From Asterias rubens (Eukaryota), in the NCBI RefSeq assembly GCF_902459465.1, contig NC_047078.1, forward strand, positions 8,308,001 through 8,372,000: 64,000 bases of DNA, given 5' to 3'. The stretch's first letter is position 1. Every line of letters begins with the position of its first letter. Both the position numbers and the translations under genes were made by a program. The notes beneath the pieces are model-generated. The model saw nothing but the letters and a program-made list of their open reading frames with translations, was not told where the DNA came from and searched no databases. Below are positions 27,911 to 49,800 of the stretch, piece after piece.

Positions 27911-29273
27911 TTTACGCAGGCACGATCAAGGACTGCTCCATTTCTACAAAGGGATTTAAAGATTAATAACGCTCGGGTGGGCATTGTTTCCATAACTCGA
28001 TTTCAAAAGCCGTTTCAAAAAGACCGTGGGTGCAAACAAACGAAACTTTCAGTTTTTACAACGTAGAACTGTTTGGTTACACTTTCAAAAAAGCTTATCA
28101 GTTGTTGAGTATTTTTTACGACCTCACACAAACTCTCAATGAAATCCCCGTACGCCGGGGCACGGGATCTTTTAAAAAAGTGTTTCTATTTCTAGAAAGT
28201 CGGTTGAAAAGAATAATTATGGTTGTTTATACAAAATTGAATTGGTCGAATTATCGTGTTTCCTGCGAAGCATCACTATTTTATTAACTTTCTCAATTTA
28301 CAAATCAAACTAACTGGCTCTGCTGGTTTTCTAAAGCACACTTCACTAGTCCCAATTTCATAAAGCCTGGAAGTATTAAAACTTGCTTCTTAGCACAGAA
28401 AAATCTTGTTCACACGAATTTGTTACAAATGTTCGCAAGAAACGTAGACAAACTGAGAGAAAGACAACCGTTTTGGAGTATTGGTTATAGAAAAGAAAAA
28501 AGGGGCCTATTTATCGATCTATAATAATTATTATAAAAGATGCGTGAATATAAGAGGGCGCTACTTCAAATTTTTGTAATCGCGTGACAAAAATTCCCGA
28601 TGGTGAACACGAGAGGACGCTATTCAACTTTAACGGTGCACGGTATTATGTGGGTGCACCACAGACATAAACTCATGTAGAGATCAATGCTAAACGCCAA
28701 GCCTAACAAAATACAAAAAAAAAAACCAAAAACAAAAAACTTTAAAGTCTCTCAGCCTCTTGAAACAAATCCGATTTGTTTTCACACAGTTTAACCACAG
28801 ATTTCTTTTCAATTTTTTGGCAGGTCAGCCGTTCTTGGAGTTTTACTTATCACCCTAGAACATTATGAGCTCATGAAGCCCAGTGACACTCCACTTCCAA
28901 AGCCAAAATATTTTAATAGGACCATAGAGTTAGGACCATCTTTGAAACCTAAATTCATGAAGCCAAGAGAAAAGAACCCAATAGTGTCCAGTGTCTTTAA
29001 GGCCGGGTGGGGTAGTTTATAGCTTTCATAGCAGCTATTATATTCCATAACATAAATGTTTTGAGAATTAAAATCATTATTATTTACACATCATCAAAAC
29101 AAACCAACTACTGTCCCTAATAAAAGTCAAACTAAACAAACTAGCATTAATTATAAAAGTATTTTATTCATCTATTTTTGGTGTGATAATAATCTCAATT
29201 ATTGTAAAAATATTGTACTAGAATCAACCCGTGCTAATACAAACAAACAACAAACACCCCAACAAACAAACAC

Positions 29274-29410
29274 NNNNNNNNNNNNNNNNNNNNNNNNNNN
29301 NNNNNNNNNNNNNNNNNNNNNNNNNNNNNNNNNNNNNNNNNNNNNNNNNNNNNNNNNNNNNNNNNNNNNNNNNNNNNNNNNNNNNNNNNNNNNNNNNNNN
29401 NNNNNNNNNN
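29274..29410. other. Assembly gap (137 N) flanked by (AAAC)n-like low-complexity repeat
   Basis: Directly visible. Confidence 0.99.
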
Positions 29411-30119
29411 TGAACGAACAAACCAACGACGAACGAATCAATGAACAACAACCAAACAACCAAACAACCAAACAAACTAACAATTAAACAAAACATTGTC
29501 TTGTAACTGGCTTAGATATATAATTCGAATATTTTCATAATAAAATTTTAGCTGTGACCATTCCATGTAACATAATGAGGTTCAAAATCATAAGAAGTTC
29601 CTATTTATTACTTAATGAAATAATGTAATCATTAATACTGTGCAGCCACTCTGAAAGGAATAATACAAAGAATTAATTCAACCAAAAGGTCTAACATCAA
29701 GTGTCTATCACATATAAAGCTTATATAATTTGAATTTTTTTAAATTAACAATTTGATTTATTTGTTTCGATACTAAAATACTTTCAATACTAAAATAATT
29801 TTATTTGCTAATTACCCACAAATAAAACACCACCAAAAAGTCCTTTTTTCCCAAAACGACTTGCTGCCATTTTACATGGGGCACTCCTCCAATTCCCAAG
29901 CTAAATAGGACCAACTTTAATGCTCAATTTAATCAAATCTCCTCGACAGTTGAAAATCCAGAACACGAGGTTGTGACAGATTCTTACAAATACACAATCT
30001 ATTTAAGTTGCATGACCCCACAAAACGTTCTTATTCAAAAGATTGTGAGGGCCTACACTCTAAGATAATCAGCTTGGCACGTGAACTTCGGCCGATTTAG
30101 TGTGGTCCACCCTTACGGC

Positions 30120-38128
<8,009 letters not shown>

Positions 38129-38479
38129 TGGGAGAAATACAACTTCAAAAGCATGTTTTGTAGGCAGTGGTAGTTTTCCGCCGTTTTCCGCCGTCAATGA
38201 AACTCTGGTGTCCTTTTTCGCTACAATGTATAATAAGAACGTGTATATACACGGTACCAGTCTATGATAAGTTACCTAGACGTCAAACACGCTGATTATA
38301 ACCATGAAGACCTTTTTTTATTGGGTGCCTGACTATTTTCCTAAAGTAAAATTTTGCGTGTGCTGTGTTTGTACACAGTCGACCGCAAAATTCTGTTTTC
38401 TGCACTCGTTTTTTAAAACAATTCCTCGAATTTGCAAAGTATATTTGAAAACAAAGTTGTCCTTTATACCTCATTTACA
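38129..38479. promoter_or_regulatory. Likely shared bidirectional promoter of SULT (-) and MRPL17 (+)
   Basis: Only 351 bp separate the divergent ATGs (38128 on -, 38480 on +), so both 5' UTRs and core promoters must fit here unless there are unseen non-coding exons. Confidence 0.65.
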
Positions 38480-40064
38480 ATGAGGCATGGTAAGATCTAC
38501 CGTCGGATGGCTGGAGGGCCAAAACAACGAATAAATTTACTTCGACATTTGGTGACTACGCTTGTGAAGTTTGAACGATTGGAGGCGCCCTATGGAAAGG
38601 CACATGAAACTCAGAAATATGCAGAGAGGGTAAAGCATTTTTATATATTTCTATAAATATTATTTGACATTTTTCAAAATAATGTACTTGTAACACTCTG
38701 GGAAAACATCCTTTATCCTACCAACACATTTTAATTAATTTTTACCAAAAATATTATCTCATTTTTAAAATTAAAATTTTTGATTTGACTTGGTTGAGTA
38801 AATAAAATACTATTTTTAATTATTTTTATTGCATATTATTTATAATTTATATTATTATTTACTGTATTACAATGAAACAGTTTTGATACAGTTAAAAACC
38901 TGGTCTATCATGTCCATACTCTGCCTGTGTCATGTATGGATTCCATTTGATTCACGTTGGTCACTTGATGCCATTTGCATTTCTTGAGTCAAGATCCCTT
39001 CCCAACACTCATCAGGGAGGTGTGATCATACCCAAACATATGATCAAGTACTTGCCCACAATGCAATGGCACAGAAATTACTTTCCAATTAAAATAAATA
39101 CACTGTAGATAGCTTACCGTGAAATAATAAACTTTTGTTGTTGTTTACTTGTTTACATATGTTGTTTACCTGTTGTTTCCAGCTGATTAATATTGCCAAG
39201 AGAGGAGACACCGACGAAGAGGCGATGAAGATTGCAGATTTTTGGCTCTCGGTAAGTTGGTTGTTATTAAAGGAGTTATCTGTTACCTAAATCTTTAAAA
39301 ATTATCCCCATGTTTTGAACCCAAGTGATTCAATAATGCTAAGCAACCATGCTTAGCTGGCCTGGCACACCTATTTATTTTTATCAGAGTCCAACTGATA
39401 GTTGAGTAACTGTATGGATAGTTGCAGCTATCAGGCTGGCTCAGTAGTTTCTTCCCCGCATTTCACCTCCGAGGACTCGAGTTCGATTCCTGATAAACCA
39501 AAGCCTTTCATGTGGATTAGGGTTTCAGTCCGTACCTGACTGCGTGGTGTTTTTCCTCCAACATCTAAATTGAACATTTCTTCATTGTCTTCTCTACAAT
39601 AAGTTGGTATGATCATAATAGTTTATCACTGAGTAAATTTTTTTATGATTCTGCAGGACAAGAGACAAGTACACAAGCTCTTCAAAGTTCTAGCGCCTCG
39701 CTTCGCAAGCCGACAGAGCAACTACACGCAACTCCATCGAGTACCCGGCTACGAAGGAGAGAGAAATATCGCAATGGCGTTCTTAGAATACTGTGGCAAC
39801 CCGTACCCACCTCTTCAGCCAATCAAAAAGAAGAACCCAAATTGGATTTTGAATATTCTCATCCGGGAAGGGATAAAAGATTTGAAAGCAACTGGTGTCC
39901 TCCAAGGAGCTGGTAACCATTTTAAGTCCGTTGCATCGAACAATGGGTCCACAGAACTGAAAGGACTTGAAACAGCTCTAGGAGATTTGCAACTTGGAGT
40001 GTCACAAGAGGGCGCTGTTGATGATAAGCAGGTTAATGTGCCAAAGGATGGCACTCCTGTATGA
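38480..40064 (+). CDS. MRPL17: 39S mitochondrial ribosomal protein L17 (bL17m), complete, 3 exons, 208 aa
   Basis: Exons 38480-38629, 39183-39251, 39657-40064, all phase 0, GT-AG. MRHG...R..LLRHLVTTLVKFERLEAPYGKAHETQKYAERLI, KLFKVLAPRF..R...YT and AMAFLEY.GNP are bL17 hallmarks. Confidence 0.95.
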
Positions 40065-40163
40065 AACATAATCACCATGACTACCAGTGTGGAACCCAAT
40101 CACCACGAATACTATTAGTAAAAATGAAATTGCGGACTAAACAAAGTAATTATCAAACTGACC

Positions 40164-40419
40164 CATAGGGTTATATATAAGAACTAGAGGACCGCACGAG
40201 ACACGCGCGTGCCATTCTGTATGTGCGTTGAATATGAAATATATTTTGGAGTATGTGTTTATTGCATGCTACGCAATGCTGTTTTGTCAACATACAAAAT
40301 GGCAGCACAAACACATGCTGTGAGATGTCTGTTTTATCAACTTAGAAAATGGCCACCTGCGCACATGCCAGGGCACGTATATAGGCCAGTGCGCCCTCTA
40401 GTTCTCATATGACTCTATG
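40164..40419. mobile_element. 256-bp P-element-like MITE (CATAG..CTATG termini, 8-bp TSD)
   Basis: Perfect TSD AACTGACC at 40156-40163 and 40420-40427; TIR core GAACTAGAGG / CCTCTAGTTC. Confidence 0.85.
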
Positions 40420-41816
40420 AACTGACCAGAGTTCATAATATCACCAAGGAGTAAATTTATACATACAAATCTGACTGGAGAATGGTTAGCTGTTAGGTTG
40501 CAATTTTACAAACCTGTTAAGATAGTAGTGTTAAACTTTAAGATAGTAGACACTATTGGTAATTGTCAAAGACTAGTCTTCACAGTTGGTGTATCTCAAC
40601 ATATGCATAAAATAACAAACCTGTGAAAATTGCCGCTCAATCTGTCGTCGAATTTGCGAGATAATAATTAAAGCAAAAAACACCCTTGTCACACAACCGA
40701 GGCTGGAATAAGAAACAGTCTGGTTCCTATTTGTGAAATGATTATAAACATTCATTTTTCGATACGAGGAACATGATCAACAAGATGGAGGCAGCTTGAT
40801 AAAGGTCTATTGAAGCTTTACCATCGCTTTACGTCTACTAAAAATAAAAAAACAAACAATATTGACAGTTATTGTTTGACTTTATTTCCACTTTTTAATT
40901 CATAAACATGTTTGTTACATTTTGTAATGTACATTGTATTAATAAATAACTTACATTCATTATCAATTAAATACATTGTCTTTTATATTCACACTATTTC
41001 CATAGGTAGTATGAGATATTGCACTCAACAATTGTTTCATAAAAATATTGATTCATGTTCCATTTTTAAACACAAACTTTCACAAATAATTAACACTTCA
41101 AATCCCTTTTAGTGAGTACCACAATACGTTTACATTCGTACATCTACCTACAATCAAAGTTTTCCGATCCAAAATTACTTTCATCATACACTTTTCTGAG
41201 TGACAAAGTTCTGAGTTTATATAAAAACAAATAAATTTCCATCGTCTTTCATACAGAATTTATAAATATTTCTTGACTTATCACTTCCTGACTGACGGAG
41301 GAAAACAGAAAAAGTCCACGCACCGTCGAAAGGTTTAGAAATATAAACGGGGGAAAAAATATAACCGATGTTTATTGAACGAGTTACGACAACTTGAGGT
41401 TCTTAGAGGCTATTAATTTGGTGTAAAAAAATGCGGCCGAAAAATACAGTGAGAGCGCCCTCGGTTGGCAAGATCCCCGTGCCTAAACTGGCCATTAAGT
41501 CGCTCTGCCCCACCAGTCTCATGTATAAAAGACAACTGGGATGCCGCCTGTTGTTCAAAGGCGCTACATCATGATCATTCGGTGAAAGATAAACAGCCAA
41601 TCCTATGTGTTCTTGGAACATCAAAGAACTTGGCCACAGTGACCAGCAAGTGATATTACTCTAGCGCGTCTAGAACAATATTAATGTTCATGTATCCTGA
41701 AATAATGTTATAAGGAAATGAAAAACTTACTCAGGTCTACGGATCACATCACGGAGTTCACGCGCTTCTGAACATCTGGAATCAATGTACACTTCAAGGG
41801 ACTCACAATAATTGGT

Positions 41817-41891
41817 GCACTTTTGGGACGCTAGGTGGCAGCAGAAGTGCACGTGAACAACGTCTGCTGCCACCCAGCGTTCCAAAGTCTC
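41817..41891. mobile_element. MITE family E (TTTGGAACGCTAGGTGGCAGCAGAC TIR), minimal foldback copy
   Basis: Two TIRs about 15 bp apart. Longer copies at about 1404-1500 and 59405-59542. Confidence 0.75.
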
Positions 41892-43249
41892 TCTTGTTTG
41901 TCGTTGTGTTAACTATGTACCAACATTCTATTAGTTATAAGCTCCAAGTGCCAATAAGTTAATAATTATAAATATAACTGGTGATTTCATGGTGATAACT
42001 ATGTCGGCAATTAATGGTTTGGTTATGTTAGTGTTATTCAGGATAGCCCAATGGGACCAATGTACATGCATTCTTTTATGAACAAAAGTTTTAAACAATG
42101 TTTTGTGATGATAACGGTGCCCACGCTACCAACTTTCGCACAAATTTTGTGTTTGTGTAAAACTAAAATGCAAAATATAATCAATGTGTGTACGTTAAGA
42201 TAAGCGTATTTAACTACAAACTACAACCAATTAATAAAATAGTGTTTTCCTTTGTACACTATTGCAAAAGAATAGGAACAGCATGGATTGCGGATAAGTC
42301 ATGCACTTCGTGGAAGGCCGTAAAACTCACGTCATTCGCTGCCACGGAGACAGTTATGGTAAAACTCAAGTGTGTTGGACGTGGTGGCAATTCTGCAAAT
42401 TAGTTTAATTCCAAAATCTAATCTGAAAATCTTCATTTAAACGAACTTTTCCAGACCAGTTCTATAGACGCAATAGTTCTTCATTATTCTAATCCGGTAG
42501 CACCGTTTGTCACAGAACTCGGACCACAATCCAGCACACACTAAATATACACAGCGCCCCCTGCAGCTGAAATGTTTCCAATATAAAACACACAATAATT
42601 TAAAACGATGTTATTATTAGAGCCAAGACTGTTACTGTGGTCTCAAATCCCGCCCCTTTCATCCATCTTCATTGTCACACATCCTTCTCCAATCACCCTA
42701 CCATCCCAACTCATCACATTCCAAGTATATCGTTCGCTCTCGCGATTGTTCAAATTTTATATTGGAACAACATTTTGCGTGATTTTGTTTCATTCAATAC
42801 AAATACAATAAGAATTCAATGTTTACAACCGAACAACGCGAGACTTCGCGGTCTATAAATGGCCTTTTCGACACCACGGCTTCAACCCGGCTTCATCCGT
42901 CCTCTCGTCTGAAGCCCTGAAAACGTACGCAAAGCACGTGCAATAATATTGTCAAAAACAACAGTGTGGCCAAAAGCTAGCCTGATGAGCCGAATCTAGA
43001 GCCGAAGCCGTTGTTTCGAAAACGGCCCATTAATCTTCTTGCATACAATCACTTTCTCGTGTTTTATCTCGCACTTCCTCGTACACTACATTGTCCACAA
43101 TTTTAGCCCAATTCCCATGGGATATACTTATCACTGCCGACTTTTCAAATGAAGACAATCAGAACACACTGATCGAAACGTCAAAATAATTATTACAGCG
43201 CCATTATTTTCAGAAACACTAAAAGTCATTGTTAGAGATTATTACATTA

Positions 43250-44144
43250 CTAGCGGGATGCCGCGCTTCGCGCGGCAACCCCGCTAGAAAGCTCGACGTA
43301 AAAATGCTGCAAGTGTAGCGTTGTGTACAGGGGAGGGCTAAAGTGGCTGGGCAGGGTCACAATACAAATCACTGTGGCAAACAACCAATTCTAAGTTAAG
43401 ACGAATCTTAGTGCTTTGTGAAATCGTACACTTGTCCATCTTTTTTTCCGTTTCGGCATTGTCGATCCCATCCATATTTTCCAGTTTCCAGCGGATCCCG
43501 ATAGTGGTTCTTTCCCAGCGTTTATATCCCGTTTCGTTTATTTTGTTCCCGTTCAGTTGATTATTTTCTGTTCTGTATAGTTTTCAAACCCCTTTGCTTT
43601 TCCCCCCTCACCAGCCTCGTTCGTTTTTTCCCCAACTCCCTGTCCCACCGTGTGCCCCTTCCCTATCCCGTCCCATATCTAACCAACGTTACCGTGCCTC
43701 TCTATCTCCCGTCCCCGCGATCCCCTGCATTGGCATTGTTCTTTTATTGCCAATGTGTGCCAATAACTCATATTTTCCAGTTTCGCGCGGGTCCCGTTTG
43801 TGGGGTTTTCCCCGTTTTATGGGCTTGATCCCCCCCATTCAGTTTAATATTTTCCTGTCCCATGTCCCATCTCCCTGTCCACACAACGTTCTCTGAAAAA
43901 AACCCCACCGGTCTTCGTCCTGTCGTCGTGCCTAGCCCCCCCCCCCCCCCTGCATTGTTCTGTACTGTATGTACGCGCGAAGTTACTGGACGCTCGCGCC
44001 GTGACTGTCGTCACAAACAACACATGCCCCAACACGGGTACCCCGAAATTTACCCCAGGACGCATCATTTTAGCAGGGTTCGGGCACCACTTGCCAAACA
44101 ACAATGGCGGCGCCCATGCGATTTAAGCGCTTTTATAATATAGA
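43250..44144 (-). mobile_element. Complete non-autonomous Helitron, 895 bp
   Basis: On the minus strand it begins TCTATATTATAAAAGC after a host A (44145) and ends GCCGCGC-GAA-GCGCGGC atcccg CTAG before a host T (43249): 5'-TC, 3' hairpin plus CTAG, A|T target, no TSD. Confidence 0.88.
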
Positions 44145-44278
44145 TGTCTAGCTTAATATATAGTTCTAGTTTTCCCCTTCTGTGTTGTGTAAAGCTTTAT
44201 AATTTATATCAAATCTTTTTCAATTTTACTTTCATCTATTTCTCTTGAAAAATAGATTTAGACTTTAACATAGGAAAC

Positions 44279-44316
<38 letters not shown>

Positions 44317-44476
44317 GTATACAACTTGTATCCTGAAGACATGAAATTCTACAGGCCCGTGAAAACTTTCGGTTAATACGGCAAGAGAAAACACCCACTT
44401 TTTGTTATTTTTCTCAACGATTATATACACACTGTATTCAGCTGAAACGTTCAATGATGACTTAATTGTATATTCC

Positions 44477-45218
44477 TTAAAGGCAGTGGACACTATTGGT
44501 ATTTTACTCAAAATAATTGTTAGCATAAAACCTTACTTGGTAACGAGTAATGGGGAGAGGTTGATAGTATAAAGCATTGTGAGAAACGGCTCCCTCTGAA
44601 GTAACATATAGTTTTCGAGAAAGAAGTAATTTTCTACGAATTTGAATTCGAGATCTCAGAATTAGATTTTGATCGGTCCCGAAACCAAGCATCTGAAAAC
44701 ACAACTTCAACGACAAACTTAGCTCAAATTTGCACAGGTTTGTTATTTTATGCATGTTGAAATATACACCAAGTGAGAAAACTGGTCTTTGTCAATTACC
44801 AACAGTGACTGTCAAGTGTCTTTAAAGACAGTGGGCACTATTGGTTGGAAATTGTCAAAGACCAGTCCTCTCACTTGGTGTTTATCAACATATGCATAAC
44901 ATAACAAACCTGTGAAAATTTGAGCTCGATTGGTCGTCGGAGTTGCGAGATAATTATGAAAGAAAAACACACCCTTGTCACACGAAGTTATGTACTTTTA
45001 GATGGTTGATTTCGAGACCTTAAAATTCTAAACTTGAGGTCTCGAAATCAAATTCCTCGAAATCAAAATTACTTCTTTCTCGTAAACTATGTCACTTCAG
45101 AGGGAGCTGTTTCTCACAATGTTTTATACTATCAACCTCTCCCCATTACTCGTAATCAAGAAAGGTTTTATGATAATAATTATTTCCAGTAATTACCAAT
45201 AGTGTCCACTGCCTTTAA
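44477..45218. mobile_element. Two family A MITEs in inverted orientation sharing one TTAA
   Basis: TTAA|AGGCAGTGGACAC at 44477; junction GTGTCT|TTAA|AGACAG at 44822-44825; right end GTGTCCACTGCCT|TTAA at 45218. TTAA sites with AG..CT termini fit Kolobok/T2-type MITEs. Confidence 0.88.
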
Positions 45219-46857
45219 GAATGTGCCCCTAAATCGGCATTACACGCCGACAGCAACCAATCTATGCCCCTTCGTCAGGTTTGTTTCGGTCGAGAACCAA
45301 TGGTTGCACTTCATTCTCGTGTATAATGTGGTGACGGCCTTATTTCTCTAGGCTCTTTAAGACTCCAGACAATAACCACAGTCACCAACATTCTCAATTA
45401 GAGCCAAATTTAAGAACCCCGAAAAGATGGTGGAAGATAATTGCCTATAATGGCCTTAATTGTTGCTGCCAAATGATTCATCACACTACATCTCACATCA
45501 CACCCACCACTTTACATTTCACAGACACACCATTTCACTGCAACAGTAGTTTCGTTTTATTCATGATCTGTCGCTATGGAATTTCAATTATGAAAACTGG
45601 CTGGAAGTCATCAGTTAGCAGCAACAAACCCCAAAACACTTAGCGTTTAAAAATTACGATAACAAAAATGCATCTTTGATACAAAAAAAGTCATGTTGAT
45701 TGTTTTTTTGCTTTTAAAAAGAAATTGCACAGATTCTCATTTTGGGATTATGACAAAAAAAAAATTCAATGTCGTTATCGTTGGTGGTTTGTCACAACAT
45801 CACAATATCACCGCAATGGTCTTTTTTCCACGAGACACACACTTTTTGAAATTCGACTTTCACTGCAAGGATAGTTTTTTTCAAACACTGTGGAGAATTA
45901 TGTAAAATGTTTATTTAATATAGGCCTATCCATAATAGTTCAAGAAATTTAGTGCACCATTATACCATAAGTTTAATATTTTGTCCATTGATATAAAAAT
46001 CAACTTCTCTTGAGAATATAGTTTAATGTGTTTTTATACAGACAATAATTACATTCAATTAATACAATTTTTCAGACGTTCACCCGTGGCTTTTATGGAG
46101 GCTATTGAGGGCTCCCTTCAACCAGGCCCGGCCATTTTAACCGGGCCCGGTCGAATGCAATGACGCTGACTTATTTACAACTGGAATGTTAATGAACTAT
46201 TTACACAACATTAGTGACCAAATTAATACCAGTGGAGAAACTCAAAAAGGTGCAATGTTAAAATCTAGTTAGTTTACCAGCTCATGTTAGTCACAAAGGG
46301 GGCGGGGTTTGGGCTCAGTGTCTGCCGTTGTTAATGTAAGACAAAAACAATGGAAATAACATTATGTGGATGACGTCATTAGAGTAGGGCGCCCTCGCCG
46401 TGAGGTCAAAATGTAGGTTGTTCATTGGGCAACCATGTGCACCGCGCGTATGCGCATTTTATGTGCATTTCCAATGTTTCATCATTGGTATACCCCTTAA
46501 GATGGCAGCTTATGACGTCATCACTGCATATAAGGTCTATTGCCCCGCGGGATGGTGGTTTTCTTCAACGACCACAACCGAGGCAAGACGTAAAGTTAAT
46601 TAATAGTCAGTCCCCTATCCACAGCTTGTAATACGGTTACCAGCTTGTAAATGGTACCAGACACTGACAACCTATACTCAGTCCCACCACAGTCTCCCCA
46701 AAGTTGAGAGTAGTAAATTCTCAGTATTGTGATCAAGCGATTTGAAATCCAACTGTGATGATAGTCAGTACCCAATGCAGATCTTGTACACGACTACCGG
46801 CGTGTATTACAGGGTACCAGACAATGCCAAATCTACTCAGGACATAGAGCTATAGCT

Positions 46858-49800
46858 CTATGACTCAGGGTTAGGTGCTAATGGTTTAGTGTTAATCACA
46901 ATATTAGAGTTGTTATTAGTCCCACTACTCTTCCCAAGTTTAGAGAGTTGTAAATACTCTGTGTTGTGATCGTGAGATCTGAAGTCGGACTGAGAGGTGA
47001 CGCCATTGTTGCTGCTCCGAGCAGCGAAGTCACGGCACCGGTGATACGATGTGCTGTCCGGTCGCTTTCCCTCCCGGTCTGGAGCCGTCACACACGGACA
47101 ACAGGAAAAAACATGACGGAACTCCTTTCTGAATCGAGCTGCAAAGAGAAAAGGAGAAAAAGATAATCAGAACTATTGTATATCTGTGTTACGACGTCAG
47201 AACAATCTGTTTGATTAGATGATTTGTTTGCGGTACGTATGATACACATGTAATGATAATCTCTTTCTGAGTTTGTGTGCTTCTAAAAAGAATTCACCTT
47301 AGGTTTCAACTCGACGTTTCAATCAGTATGCTTTCATCGTCTTCTGGAGAAAACTAGACTCTGCTGAAGCTTTCAGAACCACCCCATTAAGAGATTATCA
47401 TTACATGGTGTTACCGCAAACTTTTATCGTATGTCCACCATGCAAAGTTTCAAGTCCTACTGATTAGATGATCTTCCCGCGAAAGTGAACTGGTATGGTA
47501 AACCCCCACAAGGGAATATAAACACCAAGCTTACAACAGCCAATCTATCTCATTACAAACATTCTCTTAACAACTATGATTATGAATTGCACAAAAACAA
47601 GAAATTGTGATTCAGTACCTATGACGACAATACTTATAATTGTAGTCAAATTGTAAAATAAGCGGTTAGCTTGGTGGATTCGAACCCACAACCTTGTGAT
47701 TGCAAGTCATGCAGTCTTACCATGCAGTCATGATTCTGCGCACCAGGCAAAGGGAATCAAACAAGGCAAGGACAAAATCTCGTGTGTGAAGCAAAATCAC
47801 GTGCGACAGCAAAATCAAGTCAATCTTATTCACACCAGAGGCATCTTAACAATTCCACGCGGTCTTTTGAGAGATTAGACGTTCTTCCATGAAAAGATGA
47901 ATTTTTAAATATCCAAATGACTTAGAGATCAATAGACGACAGACAGAATGGCGAATTTCAAACTGATTTAGATGCTTCATTTGAAGCGACACGCCGCCTT
48001 GGGCGTGATCTAACGCCCAATATAGCCCATGTAACCGAAGGTGTAAATCAATGATCACGGTAGGCGATGAGTCTTGATTGTTTGTCACTGGCAATTCAGA
48101 TCAAACGGCTATTGCATGAATGTTTGGCCTATACTTACACCACCAAAAGTAGTCTGGTTTCAGACCTTGTTGTGTTGGTTCGATACTGTTTAAACGTTGG
48201 ATAGTATTACAAGTGTACAAACAGTGAATGAGACAACTATTTTCACAAGACATCCGAGAACAGCTGCCTGTGGGTTTAAGGTATCCCCAACCAATCCCCG
48301 ACGGCTGTCCGAACAATAAAACCAAAATCATTTCTAAATGCCAATGAGGTTTTAACACAGCAAATAGCAATGTCATGAAAATACGTTTTTATATGCTAAA
48401 ATAATTTTCGTCTCATGATCACTGAGACGAAAATTATTTTCATGACATTGTTTTACTCATTTCTTAAAAACTACAATACCTCAGAAAGTAGTATTTTTAA
48501 GGTAAGCTTTCTGCTATCATAATCTTCAAACTGTGTAATGTAAACCTGTGTACATTGTGTCTTTTTGTCCTACAAAACGTACAAAAACCAGTTAATGGCG
48601 TTAGGCTTACATCCTCTCCGACATTTAGATTTCCATTCAGATGGAAAACATACATAAAGCAACTGTTTATTAATGAATACTGATGACCATGCAGCTGCAT
48701 ATTAAAGCCAAGTAGTTTCAGCAAAAAAAACTTACTTGGCAGAATTCCCTAAAATGCTTTTATGAAATTGGGCACAAATCTTTGCAAATAACTGCTCATT
48801 ATTCGCAAACGTTTAATGCTAATATCTTTGCAATTGTGACATTTGCTAAGATATTTTAGCCATCGCAAATATATTTTTGTTTATGTTTTCGTGTTACCCG
48901 TTTGTCTTGTCTCTTTGTTTGTAGTGTGTATGTATGTCTGTGTATGGCTTAATCTGACAGCCTCATCCTTAATTTGGTTGACATAGGTTAAATATTTCCC
49001 CTCTATGCTCTGATGTATGTAAAATATGACATTCGTCATCTTGAGAAGAGCAGTGTGAAATAAATACTGGCGTTGAATTGAATCTTATTTTCCACGAATT
49101 GTGGATTTGCGATTTGTATGACATCCCTTTAGGGCCACAATACAATTACACTTTTGTTCAGTTCACGTACAATACATCATATGAATATGTAGACGTTTCA
49201 CTAAGCCGTTATTTATGCATTCTGTGCGTATGAAGTTTTACAATTAATAAGGCTCATCAGAATTTGTGTGTAGTTCATTATTAGAATTGACAGTTGCATG
49301 AACTTCGGAGTTGAATCGAAGTCTAGCAACCAGAGGACATTGACGCCGATCGATGGTTTATGTTTTTTCCTTGTTTGCTCACATTAAGCCACGTCCAGTT
49401 TCATACGATTCGATATCACTTATTTTGGCCAGCACTCTGTGATATACGTGACTAAAATCTACAAGAAAAAGTCTTGTGAGTTTTATCCGAGTTTGAAACC
49501 TACTTCTAAAGAAGGGTTACACGACTGTTTCATGAGCTGGCCGCTAAGGCATGTATACGGCTGTATTATGTTTTTATGTAAGTTTTATCCATTGACCCTA
49601 AATTTTGAAATCTACATGCCGCGTAAAAAGGTTCAGCGACTGTTTCATGAACTGACCATCTAGGTACGTATGCTGCCTGTCTCTATGTAAGTTTTAACAT
49701 AGTTTGCAATGTTTTAAACTTACAGGTTTCGAAAAAGACTGCTCCTTCTATGCCCAATTTCACAGAGCTGTTGAGCAGAAAATATTGCTTAGCAAATATC

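Noticed and set aside
38129-38197. 23-aa N-terminal extension of the SULT in the ORF track
   Set aside because: It starts at TTG; the first ATG is 38128 and gives a normal-length SULT.
41400-41660. GC-richer patch with TATAAAAG (~41525) and two short ORFs
   Set aside because: No downstream gene, LTR pair or recognisable domain.
42981-43030. CTGATGAG..GAAG resembling a hammerhead core
   Set aside because: No stem II or GAAAC. It is the right TIR of a small MITE whose left TIR is at about 42861-42900.
43594-44143. Pro-rich ORFs of 86-100 aa
   Set aside because: Inside the non-autonomous Helitron; low complexity, no Rep/helicase motifs.
46350-46542. Apparent promoter (two TGACGTCA, AAGATGGC, GC box) just after the GPCR stop
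   Set aside because: The motifs lie in the imperfect TIRs of an AATAGACC-type MITE, and no gene start follows.
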